From the NCBI GenBank assembly GCA_024679065.1, contig JAGIQG010000003.1, positions 95,046,001 to 95,110,000 on the forward strand: a stretch of DNA of 64,000 nt, given 5' to 3'. Positions 49,815 to 61,975 of the stretch are shown in pieces (position 1 is the stretch's first letter; every line of letters starts with the position of its first letter). The translations under genes and the position numbers were made by a program. Below the pieces are notes generated by a model. It searched no databases. It was not told the origin of the DNA and worked only from the letters and a program-made list of their open reading frames with translations. The DNA is from Sphyrna mokarran (lineage: Eukaryota).

Positions 49815-50990
49815 ATTTTATTATGGAATGTGAGCACCACTGACAAAACAAGCATTTATTACCCTTCTCTATATTTCCTTCAAAAGATAACAGTGAACCA
49901 GCTTCTTGAATCTCTGCAGTCCATATGGCCATTAGGTAAGGAGTTCCAGGAGTTTAACCCATTGACAAAAAAGCAACAACGATATAGTTCCAAGGATATT
50001 CAGTGGCTTCGAATGCAGCGCCTGGCCTCCCGTGTGCCTGCTGCCCTTGTCCATTCAGGTAGTCAAGTCACAGATTTGCTAAACAGGTCTACGCAAATTG
50101 CTGCAGTGCATGTTATACATGGCATATACTGCTACCACTGGTGGTAGTGGGGAATGTTAAGTTTAAAGATGTGATGCCAATCAAACAGGTTGTTCCGTCC
50201 TTGATAATATTGAGTTTCCTCAGTTTTGTTGGAGTAACACTCACTGAAGTAAAAAGAGAGTGTTCCATCACACTCCTGACCTATGCCTTTTAGATGCTGT
50301 GCAAGCTTTGCAGAATCAGGAAATGAATTATTCATCAAAGAATTCTCAGCCTTTGCCCTGCTTTTATCGTCACAATTAACACCCAGGATGTTGTTAATCA
50401 GTGACAGTAATGATGTTAAATATCAAGTGGAGATAATTAGATTCTCTCCTACTGGAGATGGTCATTGTCTAGAACTCATCTGGCACAAATGTTACTTGCC
50501 ACTTATCAGTCTAAGCCTGAAGTCCAGATCTTGCTACAAATAGATAAGGACTGCTTCAGTATCCGAGGAGTTGTGAATTCCATTGAACATTAGGCAATCA
50601 TCAATGAACATCTCCATTTCCGATTTCACGTTGGAGGCAAGGTCATTGATGAAACAGCTGAAAATGCTCAGACCCAGGACACTACCCTGAGGAAATCTTG
50701 TCTCCTGTTCTGGTGCTGAGATGATTGGCCTCCACAACTATCTCTTGTCATGTGAGGCATGACTCCAACCAATGTTGAAGAAGCAGTCAGAGAGGAACAG
50801 TATGTGAGGTTTGTGCTTTAGAACGAATGTCCTCACTGAAATCTGCAGCCACAACTGAGCAGAATTCCAGATGTAAGTTGATAGTGACTGCCCTTGATTT
50901 CAAAGCAGTGTTCCACTGAGTCCACTATCAAGGAGCTTCAAAAAATGGAAGTCATTGGGATTTGGGTGAAAACTCAGCCCAAAAGTGCTT
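49815..50990 (-). mobile_element. CR1-clade LINE (family of 19360-20500)
   Basis: Minus ORF FPQGSVLGLSIFSCFINDL...MFIDDC (RT motifs) and a matching 3' region. Confidence 0.85.
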
Positions 50991-51213
50991 TGAATACCAT
51001 TTTGATCAACAACATCAATTAGCTACCAATCTTGTTTTTGCCTTACAATTACTTCTGTGACAGCAGGTACAATTCTTTCACTTTTTTACAAAAACTTGTT
51101 TGGAAGGTGATCTTGTCAGCTGGAGGTGTCCATCATAAGAAGAAATACATTCCATATGATTCAATTCACTGGTAGATTTTGTAATCTAGTCCACCAGCAT
51201 TAAAAAGTAAATG

Positions 51214-51612
51214 GGAGGTGATTCTCCCAATAAACTTCTCCTTACCAAATTCATGTAAAAACTGGAGTAACTCCCGTTGATTTTTTTAGCAGATTTTCAA
51301 AATTAATCTCCCACACTCTGAGCACTGAGAGTGCCCAAGCAAGATTCATGTTGAAAATCAATGGGCAAGGCCCACTCCCACCTGAGAGACCAGCAGCATT
51401 GCGCTGAGCAGGTCACTGCGCATGCATTGATCTGTCAGCACCATGACCCTGCAATGCCAACCTCCCAATCACTGGCCAGCATCGCAACCCCACATCACCC
51501 CTTCTGAACCCCACCCCCACACTTCCCAACTGCTGGTCTCCCAGATATTTCTGAGCCAGACCTGACCTCCCAACCCCCTGGCATACTCGTTCTCCCTGGC
51601 AACTTCAACCCA

Positions 51613-51655
<43 letters not shown>

Positions 51656-52037
51656 ACCATCCCAGCACCCCAACACCGCACCCCCCCCAAACCCCATGCC
51701 TTCCAGATGGTCAGCTCTGATCACTCTCTTTCCTCTCTCTGCCACTGATCCCGACTGAAACCTGGCAGTGAGGCACCTCCTTCCCTCCAATTGACCCCAT
51801 ACCCCTCTGGCCTTGCTGCCTTGGTACTGCCTGATGCCTACTGGGCAATGCCAAGGTGAGTTCAGTCCCGAACTCGCTAAAGTTATTTGCATTGAAATTT
51901 TAATATGCAAATCAACTTCATGCCGATTTCTAGCGTTCTGGAGTTCACCAGAATACCTGTGGAGGCCATCGTGCCTAGTTGAGAGCTCACTTAAAGGCCT
52001 CTGCTCAGCATCACAGTGGACTGGGAGAATTGCCCCC
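51214..52037. mobile_element. Non-autonomous Harbinger-like element with both terminal inverted repeats and a 42-nt C run (51614-51655)
   Basis: Left end ggaggtgattctccca; right end tgggagaattgccccc (reverse complement gggggcaattctccca). Target-site duplication not resolved. Confidence 0.7.
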
Positions 52038-52154
52038 AATATCTTTGAAAAAAAAGCTAACCATGGTGTTTCTATAAATTTTATATATTGAGTGTAGCCC
52101 AAAATTATGATAAAACTTTGAAACATCAGAGTTATATTTTTAACAGATGTATTG

Positions 52155-53107
52155 TGTCACGGACAGTTTTAACGTGTTACCTTTTATTGATAAAATGTAT
52201 TTGTGTTTGAATGTGTATATTTTCTTACCCTTGAAATGATCGAGTCAATTTAAATAACCCAGTAGCTAGCTTTTGTATTTTAGAAATAAAGCAAGTTATG
52301 TTGTTTCTCACACACAATTGCGGTGAAGCTTAAATGAAAGTCTGATGTCTATAATCCACCCACACAACCTTTCTCTTTCTCAAAAACGAGACACAACTGA
52401 AGGTAAAACTGCAATTATGAAAATGGATTTTAACTCGATCTCTAAGACATTGTGGATCTGATGTTTCCTGGTTGAGTTCATGTTTTAGCTGGAAATAAAT
52501 ATCATGAAAAGTAGGGATTTCTTCATGGCTGTGAAGTAGTTGATTTGTCAGTGGTTGAAAACTCAGATGAACTCAGTGTGAGAACAGATTAGAGGAGAGA
52601 ATCATTGTTCTCTATGCAAGGTGTTGAGATAGAAATTTAGGGTGCTCAGCTGACTGCAGTGGCAGTTTGTCCTTTGTAGGATCTCTGTGAGGGAGGTTAG
52701 TCTGAGGTATCTAAAGATGTTTCCCTCCAAAGTGATTTTGAACTGCTATTAATTTCTGTTGGCAGGAAGTAAAGATGGCTGCTGTATCATGTGAACTCAC
52801 ATCAGCATTGACTCAAGGTATTATGATAATCTGATTAAGCAGTTGGATTCTTCTCCCAACTGTGGTTTCAATGGCCTCTTGTTTTTGAAAACACAAACTC
52901 TAATTTTTATTTGCAGTAAAGATGGGGCTTTGTTTATCTCCTAGGCTGACAAACATTATGTCAACATTAGAAAGAGGATCCTTTTCATTAGGACAAAAAA
53001 AATGCTTTGTAATGCACAAAGAAATTCTGGTGGTCCTTGGAAATCATCTTGAATTTCAGTCTTCGAAAAGTTAGCTTTGAACAACATAGTTTTTTTCAAG
53101 AGTCACA
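52155..53107 (-). mobile_element. Probable solo LTR
   Basis: TGT...ACA termini (tgtcac / gtcaca) with flanks gtattg / atattg (5 of 6 identical). Strand is tentative. Confidence 0.5.
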
Positions 53108-55340
53108 ATATTGTCGCACCAGTAGGGCAGTGATAATTAACTATCATAAACAACAGAATAGCAGAAAAAGAAATGCATGCAACTTGATAAATATTTGAAC
53201 ACCAATGTAACTAATGACTTCTAACTTTAATTGGCAGATTGTGTTACTGGACTTCCTTTATTTTGCGATGGCCAAAAGTGATAGCTCCTTAGCAGTAGTT
53301 GAAACCAACGTAAATTCTCTGCCATTGAACAGGAAACTTAAACAGTAACCCAGGTATCATCATCGTATGTTTCCTAAACAGTGCACTGTTGTAATGAATA
53401 AATCAGGCACTAAATTGCATTCATTAGCTGGTTTCTCAGTGGCATGTTTCGGGGAGAAAGGCACTTCATCAAACAATGTGATCCCAGATTTATTTACACA
53501 GTAATCATATTTTAGCATATCAGTTGGCTGCTTTCCTAATGTATTTGTTTTATCCAGCTGGAAGCTTACCCTTAATGAAACAGCTAGCATGTTTACCCTT
53601 TGGTAAGAGACAGCCTTGGCATAAGGATGCACACCAGTGTTGCTGTAGTAATTGTAACATCAGATAATGTCACAACGCCACAGCAGCAGCTGCAAAGTTT
53701 AGTTTGGCAAATGCAGCATTGCCTTTATCAAGCTGTCTAATTTATTAAGTGTTGGCTTCTGCAAGACTTAGGCCACATTTGTGGTGAGCGTCAGTCTGCT
53801 CGCTCAGGGTACATATGTGGCAAACATTGCCCCTGCAACTTCTAGATGACACTTTAACAAAAAAGTTCAGAACAGAACTAAATAAATTTGGGTCACTTCA
53901 TTTCAAAATGACAACTCTGCTCTGTCGACCTGATAAAAGATATTTCACATTCATAACAGGAAGACTCTGTATTTAAATCCTACGTTTACAATACAGCAGT
54001 GACATTATGATTTAAAAGAAAAGCAGTTCGCCCATAGGCAATATCACAGTGGAAAATGTAGGTCAAATAAAAAGTGGTGATGATGACAGAAGTTGAATTT
54101 CAATCTGAAAAGTTACAATTCAGAGGATGTGAATATTCAGTTGTATGCATTATTTAAAATGATTGAGGATGTACTGTACTCTAGCATGTGTCAGGACCAA
54201 AATGATTTTTGGAGACTTCTATCATATGATTCAGAACAGTGACATGGTCAAGTTCAATTTTTACTTGAGTTCTTCGGTTGCTAGGGATTGGAGCATTGGA
54301 TAGTTACTCATTGTAGAAGATAGCCGTGTTTTATAGACTATTATCGGAGAGCAGCAGGAGGTCAGGTAAATACTGTAGAATGGATTATGTGAGCAGAGAG
54401 AATTTATCGACACATATCAGAGTAGTGGAGAAAAATAAATGCTCTGAATGCTGAGATAAGGATTTAAAGTTCTTGCGTTATTGGAAGAGAAATGAATCAT
54501 TTTTTCCCCAGTAAAAATGGTCAGATATTATCTCTTGATATTGAACTGCTGTATTCTGCGTCTCCACATAGGATAATGAACTTGGTTTACGATTGTGGAG
54601 ATGGAAGCATTCCATTTGAGAAAGTTGTTCAATAGACAGATGTATTCATTCCTGTAAAACATGGATAAATCCTGAGAGAGTTTTGGCGGTGAATGTTTGC
54701 TTATTCAGAGTATCTAAATATCAAGACGGCTAAACTCCACTAGATTCCTGAGACACAAAGATATCATGTATTTAATAAAGACATTTGACAACCTTGATAA
54801 AGGGTTAAAAGTTCAGTGTTCTGCGGGTGTTAAGACCCCCAAGGAAATTAGATTCACCCTCTCTGCTAGAGAGGATGATTATTTCTTTCAATTTAGGAAT
54901 CAAAAGTATGATGCTTACTTTTTTTGGTAGTATTGATCACATTGTTAAAGAATGGGTTTAATAAGATTCATGATTGTAATTCATTCAATAAAGTAAAGAT
55001 TATCAGAACAACTGAAATGCCAGCTCATTTGGAGTAATTTAAGTAAGAATTGTATGTAAACTAACTTATGGTGAAAAATCAACGTGCTGTGAAGTTAGTG
55101 ATGTTAAATTGGAGAAAAAGCCAAGTACACAACTGAGATACAATAGAATCTGAATCATTGCTGTTTTCATTATCCAAAGGAATTTTAGGGGATGAAGTCC
55201 CTGTTGCAGAATCCAGACCAAAATTTCTTCTTGATTGATTGATGTCAATAAAGTTTGCAACCAATTTAAGATTTTTATACAATAGTGAGGGTATTGTTGG
55301 CCCATTCATGCAAGGTTAAAAATTGGGTGAGTGTCCTGAG

Positions 55341-55426
55341 TGAATGACTCACCTGATGAAGGAGCAGCATCCGAAAGTTTGTAATACCAAATAAACTTTA
55401 ACCTGGTGTTGTGAGACTTCTTACTA
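55341..55426 (+). mobile_element. Penelope pseudo-LTR fragment with a hammerhead motif
   Basis: cacCTGATGAaggagcagcatccGAAAgtttgt..aataaac..cctggtgttgtgagacttcttact. Confidence 0.8.
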
Positions 55427-55954
55427 TACAAAGATGGTGGAATGCCTTACGAAACATTTTACACTAGCAACATCACTGTTCAACCTCTGCTCCAACTTTT
55501 GTAAACTAAATTTAATTTCAAAATATTTAATTTGGAATGTCAACTTTACATTGATGTTATTTACAGTGAGTGCAACAAGTGCTGCCTAGATAAATTCTTA
55601 TGTCACAGAAATTATGTTTTTCATTTTTGATATACTTAGGTACATTTGCTTTGGTCCAGTCTTTATCTTTAGAATATCCCTTAAATTTGTTCTATTTGAG
55701 GTGCATGCTCATTAAGTGGGGAAATGGTTAATATTTGTTCCTCATTGGTTCAAGAAGAAATAACTATTTGTATAGTTTCTGATTGTTGGAAAATCTCTGG
55801 GATAGAAATTGGACCTCATTGTGTAAATATTTTGAGGATTAATATCCAGTGCTTTAATCACACCTCAAAAACAACCAAAATTGGGTCAGGCCATTTATCA
55901 AGATTCCCTGCCATAGTCTTTTGGCACCTTGCATATATTTTAAGCCAACTACAA

Positions 55955-56053
55955 AGCCAAAATACTGCTGATGCTGGAAATCTGAAATAAAAATGGAAAA
56001 TGCTGATAATACTGAGTACATCTATCAGCATTTTTGAAGAAAGAAACTGGAGT
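55955..56053. mobile_element. Penelope-derived inverted-repeat arm
   Basis: aaaatactgctgatgctggaaatctgaaataaaaatggaaaatgctg; related to 61790-61975. Confidence 0.6.
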
Positions 56054-57013
56054 GGAATTCTCCTATACCCATGCTGGTGGGTTCAATTATGGGTGGTGGG
56101 CAGGTAGAGAATTTGGCTGGGTGCCCAAAAATCAGTTTTACATTAGTGTGCATTTCCTGCCAGACCTTTCGTTGGTGCCCTCAATGGCAAATTGAGAAAC
56201 TCATTGGTGGAGAGTGTGAAATGGATCTGCGTCCTGCTAAAGGGATGCAGATGGAGATCCAACCAAAATCTTCCCCCTCATATCTGATTCTCGGCAAACA
56301 CACCATTCCAGAAAAATCTGGCGTGCTGTAGTCAGGACCCTGGATACTGGAACACAACAATGGTGTTCTTCTTTCAGTGATATTGGACATCATTTAAATA
56401 GGGCTTCAGGTATGACAGCAGGACACATATAATCAAACCTGAAAGAAGATGGATGTCCAGAAAAAGATCTCCAGAAACGCACTGAGGCTGGAAGCCCCTC
56501 CCCGCACTGCTGTGATGTTTCATGGTCCAGGGTCACTGATGGCCTCCATCCTAAAACGCAGAGGTGGTTCCAGTCATGCTTTGGGTAAGTTCTGACTTCT
56601 GCATGTCACCTTGTTCCGGATATGTTTGGGACCTGTGTGTTCTCCACTGTTGTCACGGAGAATCGGAAAGCAAATCCATTTCACATCTGTCACCATTGGG
56701 CTTTGTGATCCACCATAGTGGTTACCAGAGAAAATTCACATTCGTGGAAAACCAACAATAGGACCTCCTATTGTCCCATTCGTCATCTCAATATTTCCAA
56801 ACATTTACGACAGATCTCTCCTGGACCAGTGTTCCCTAATCTCCATTCAGATGTCTGCAAACAGCATAATTGCATGTGAGGCTAAAGGAAGACAATCAAG
56901 AAATCAGATTATAACTTCCAGAAGCTATTATGTGGTCTGAGATTCTACAGCTCCAAACCCCTTTCTTGCCTTTCAGTTGTACCCCACTATTCACTACTTC
57001 ATCTTGACCTTGA

Positions 57014-57310
57014 CCAGTGGTTAACACTGATGTCTCACAGCATCAGGTACCCAGGTTCAATTCCCAGCTTGGATTACTGTCAGTGCAGAGTCTGCACGTT
57101 CTCCCTCTGTGTGGGTTTTCTCTGGGTGCTCCGGTTTCCTCCCACAGTCCAAAAGATGTGCTGGTTAGGTACATTAGCTGAGCTAAATTCTCTCTCAGTG
57201 TACTCAAACAGGTGCCAGAGTATGACAACTAGGATATTTTCACTGTAACTTCATTGCACTATTAATGTGAGCCTTCTTGTGACACAAAGAAATAAACTTT
57301 AAAACTTTAA
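57014..57310 (+). mobile_element. V-SINE, tail type B
   Basis: Box B ggttcaattccc, V-domain, and tail ttttcactgtaacttcattgc..ttgtgacac..aaataaacttt. Confidence 0.9.
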
Positions 57311-60300
57311 CCTTAACTTTATTTGTACTCCTTTGTTAAATTTTTAACCAAATCCCTCCCCATCTCCATCATCTTCAGGAATTGATAAGAGAATGATTCT
57401 CAACTTATTCCTCTCACATAAAGTTATTCAATTCAATTATTCAATTAATTTCAATTGCAATGGTTATTATGATGATTTTGTGATTTCTCTAAGGGGCAGC
57501 CTATCTGCAATGACAGTTCAGTAGGCTTGCTGGTAAGATAAAATATGCCTCATTATTTATGCAGCAATTCAAGCATTAGGACCCCAAATGTGATTCAAGA
57601 TTTTTCAAGATGTGAAAAATGTGAAGAAAAGGAAAGAATAAGAACCATAAAAAGGGTGGGCATAAAAACAGAGAGGTTCCATTCAAAGACGAGGGAAAGA
57701 GCAAACTTGTAAAAAAGAAAAACTTTGACATTTCCTAAAATGATCCTTGCACTTGTATAGGTAGACCCAGAGCACAGCTGGATATTGGGCCTTGTTTAAT
57801 TATTTAGGACTATTAAGTTGGAAACTCCTACTGGGAATCCCAAAGCAGCCAACTCTCTAAGTCGTTAAAGGTGCATGAGATTGAGCAGTGAGTGAGCAGG
57901 ACACAGGAATAGGTGGTGATCGAGAAGGGTGAGTTGAGTAAGTTTGGAGATCCCCCAAGGGAAAAGAAGAGAAATGTTAAACTTACTTTTTGGTCCTTTT
58001 CTAGCCTTGGTGCTCTTCACTGCTGCTTCAGCCTGGTAGGAAACTTACTGCTACTCCTCACTCAGGTTGCTGAATAAAAGTAGCAATCAGGTCTCGATAG
58101 TGGCATCAGATCTCAAGGTATAAATGTTAACAAGGACTTTGCAGGCTTTGAGAGGCAGTGCTAGCTGTCGGCTCAGGACATGATAAAAATAATTGGAACA
58201 TCTCTTGCCAGTTTCAGGTCAGAAGGTGGGAGAACTTAATGTGTTTTCGCTGGACATATGGAGTTAAATGGCCTACAATGTTCCAAAATGTGATGCTATT
58301 TTATGATGTGTAATTGTTGTAAATGGTTTATCACGTTGATACCAATTAATATTTTCCTAAATGTACTGAAGACAGAAGTCAAGTAGTTGCTCAGTACTAT
58401 CCCCTTTATTGCAAGGAGAGCCCATGTGAATTAAATACATCCAATTTCAGCCAGTAGGAAGGTTTGCTTGAGCAAAGATTTCTCCATGTCCATGTTCAAG
58501 TCCACTTCACATTTGACAAAAAGTGTATTACTGTGAGATATTTCCATAGGCTGTTTCCTATTCTTGAGCTTAAAGGACACTTCGCAAGGGCTTTCCTTGC
58601 TAAAAAAAAAATATACGGGGGTGTTGAAACAGGAATTTGAAATAAAAAAAGGATTTCTTGGGAGTGCAATCCAATGTGACCTGAGTTAACGGAACACTGT
58701 AGAGTCTAACATTGTTTATATCCAGTATACATGACCTTTGTAATGAGCATGTCATTAGAGCATTTAAACAATAAATCTACCAGAGATCATCATAAATCTA
58801 TATTAATAAACCCTCTTGAGAATGGTGATCAGAGAACATAGCTCCAACTGACAATAATCTTGGAAACCCAAGTACCAAGGTTGCAGTAAAATATATTTGT
58901 TTTCATTACGAGGCGTGGGTGAAATACGTAGTTAATTCTGTTTGCAGTACTCTTTTGGGAATCCTGTTTCAGTGTGCTGTATATCTTTGAACAGGAAAAG
59001 CTGCAGACTTTATCGATACCTGAGATTTATCTTCTCCTTTTAATACAAAAACCAGGACAGTGCACTTTCAGGATGGCTGTTTGCTTGAAGCATTAAATTA
59101 AGTCTCAGCCTTTCCGAGGATTAAAATCCCACTTCTCCGTGCTTTTGGAAGCCATTTCATTTTTAATTTGTCTTTGATTTTTTTAGTGATGGCTTAATTT
59201 AATGAGGCCAAATAAGTTCCCATTAAAAATGCAAGTCAGTCAACTGCTTGTCTTATTAAAATCATTAAGCTGCTAAGCAAGGCTGTAAAGCAACTTAAGT
59301 CAGCCCGATTATTATTGATTTTAACATTTCTGGCATAATTGGAATGTGTAATGTTGGATGGTAACTGGCAATTGGATAAGGTTCTAAATTGCTTCTCTTA
59401 TCGTGTGATATCTTTCTTAAAGTAATCTTTCTCTTTCTCTTGACACTTGCAATCAAGAAAGTTGGTAGGTAGTTTGCTCAATGAGACAGTGCTGCTCTGA
59501 AATTGGCCACTGAGGAGGGTTTTGGAGCTATTCTATTTCTTCTCCTCGATCATATGGAGGTCTCAAAACTTCCTCAGAACAGCTTACCCATTCAGAGCAT
59601 CATGGCTGTTCTTAATGTGTGAAAATCTTGGGCAAGGAATCTGTGTCCCTCCACTTCAAGACCAAGCCCATGGAGCTCCCACTGTTGTGCATTGACAAGA
59701 TGTCTTGAAAGCAAGCATTAACTTACTCTTACCCATTTTTCTAAACTCCCAGGAACTTTATTCATAATGATGCTATTCACTGAAATTATCTCTGCCGCTG
59801 AAGACGAATGGAGAGAATGGTTTCACCTGTTTGTTGGTATGTTTAGTCTGCAAATGATGCATCCCGAAACTTGGTTTCACTAAAGGGTATGGCCCAGGGA
59901 AATATGATTAATTTTTATGAAGATATGATTATTGCTGAGTTAGCACAACTTGGTGGACAAATGCACTCTCAGGGATCCTTTTACTTGCTCACTATGATTT
60001 GAAAAGGACTGTGTTTCTTCTCAAAGGTAAACGATAATAATACAATGGGTGCTGCAATATGTTACACAATCCATTTTGAATTGTACTTTTCCTCTTTTGT
60101 GCAGCTTTAAGCTTGTATTTCCATTCATTGCAGTCAATTTCTGTGGAGTTTTCTGTATTCCAAATCTTAGCATGTACTTCATAACAAATGTTTCCAGTGT
60201 AATCAATATTGAAATAACAAAACAAATGTTCCAACAAGAATGTCAAATGTTTTGTTTCTAATTACCCGGAAAGGAAAATGTAAAGGTCAATTTTAAAATT

Positions 60301-60486
60301 AACACATGAGTAAAGTGAAACATTGATTAAATTATTAATATCATTTTGTACTTCTTGTTAACGATTTTAACGAGTTGGTTTCAAGTGAACTATTCAGACT
60401 AAATTTCTGCTCATCCTTTTCTGTGACCGACATATATTTAACCTTTTTTTCTGTGCTTGATGTGCACAATGCTTAAGCTCATTAAT

Positions 60487-61322
60487 ATTTGGACAAGTTG
60501 CAGAGCTGGGCCGAGAGGTGGCAAATGGAGTTTAATGTGGAAAAGTGTGAGGTAATGCACTTTGGCAGGAACAATAAATGTGTAGAGTATAGGGCTAATG
60601 GTAGGGCTCTTAATAGTGTTGAGGAACAGAAGGATCTTGGTGTATGTGTCAATAGATCCCTGAAAGTAGGCAGTCAAGTGGATAAAGTTGTTAAGAAGGC
60701 ATATGGAGTCTTAGCTTTTATTGGTAGGGGGATTGAATTTAGGAGCCGCAGCATCATGTTGCAACTGTACAAAACTCTAGTGCGGCCGCACTTGGAGTAT
60801 TGTGTGCAGTTCTGGTCCCCACATTATAAGAAAGATGTGGAGGCATTGGAGAGGGTACAGAGGAGGTTTACCAGGATGTTGCCTGGTATGGAGGGCAGGT
60901 CCTATGAAGAGAGGTTGAAGGATTTGAGGTTGTTTTCGTTAGAAAGGAGGCGGCTAAGAGGGGATCTTATTGAAGCATATAAGATGATTAGAGGTTTAGA
61001 TAGGGTGGACAGTGATAGCCTTTTTCCTAGGATGGAGAAAGCTAGCACGAGGGGACACAGCTTTAAATTAAGGGGTATGAGTTATAGGACGGATATCAGA
61101 GGTAGGTTCTTTACTCAAAGAGTGATTAGGGAGTGGAATGCCCTGCCTGCAGCTGTTGTAGATGCGCCAAGTTTGGTGGCGTTTAAGAGGTTAATTGATA
61201 AGTATATGGAAGAGAAGGGAATGGTTTAGTTTGGAGGGGCATTGCTTTTTATTTTGGTCGGCACAACATCGAAGGCCGAAGGGCCTGTTCTGTGCTGTAA
61301 TGTTCTATGTTCTATGTTCTAT
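60487..61322 (+). mobile_element. Young 5'-truncated HER1/CR1 LINE; uninterrupted ORF2 C-terminal frame (60489-61229), 3' UTR and (TGTTCTA)n tail
   Basis: WQMEFNVEKCEVMHFG, LYKTLVRPHLEYCVQFWSPH, LERVQRRFTRMLPG, LFSLERRRLRGDLI, TRGHSFK and WNALP, with no stops or frameshifts over 246 codons. Confidence 0.96.
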
Positions 61323-61789
61323 TCAATAGCAATAATAATAATGTGACAGGTTTCTTCAATTTTACAGGCTCTTATGGTTATTTTTACTGTCACAAATTTG
61401 ATACTATATGAACTGTTACTGTAAACAGCCAATTTCTGGAATGTTTATTCTTCTAGCTCTGGGGTAGTACTGACTCAGGAAACAAGAATATGTATTTATT
61501 TTGATTCTTAATCATGGGAGGAAAGTCATTGCAGGATTTCAAATTATGCAGACGTCTGCTTAAAAACTTTCATTTTCTGTTTGAACCAGGTTAGGAAGGG
61601 TGAACTGACTCCTCCCTTTGGTTATAGCAAAACTCAGCATGTAATATTTAACTGTGTGCAGCTCAGTGTAAGAAATAAGCCAACCATGTTCCTTAAGTTA
61701 ACAAGTGAAGAGTTAGTTTTCTTGCTAAAACTCACACAGGTAAAGATGCAGAAATTATTAACAAAAGATTTCAAATTTGCAATAAAATA

Positions 61790-61975
61790 AAAAATGCTGG
61801 AAAAAGGATGGAAAGGGAAACCAAGTTAATGTTTTGAGTCCATTAGACCTTGTAATTGCATGGACTCGAAGCATTAACTCTGTTTTTCTTCAATAGGTGC
61901 TGCTAAAGCAGTTGAATCTTCCAAATATTTTCTGTTTTTATTTCAATTTTCCAGCATCTACGATATTTTGCTTTT
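61790..61975. mobile_element. Penelope-derived palindromic element
   Basis: Inverted gttaatgttttgagtcca / tggactcgaagcattaac core with aaaatgctgg / tattttctgtttttatttc outer arms. Confidence 0.65.

Noticed and set aside
51469-52126. Poly-glycine ORFs (73 and 173 aa)
   Set aside because: They are translations of a C42 homopolymer inside a non-autonomous DNA element.
60489-61229. 246-aa ORF as a host gene
   Set aside because: It is the C-terminus of CR1 ORF2 in a 5'-truncated retrocopy, with a non-ATG start and a LINE tail.
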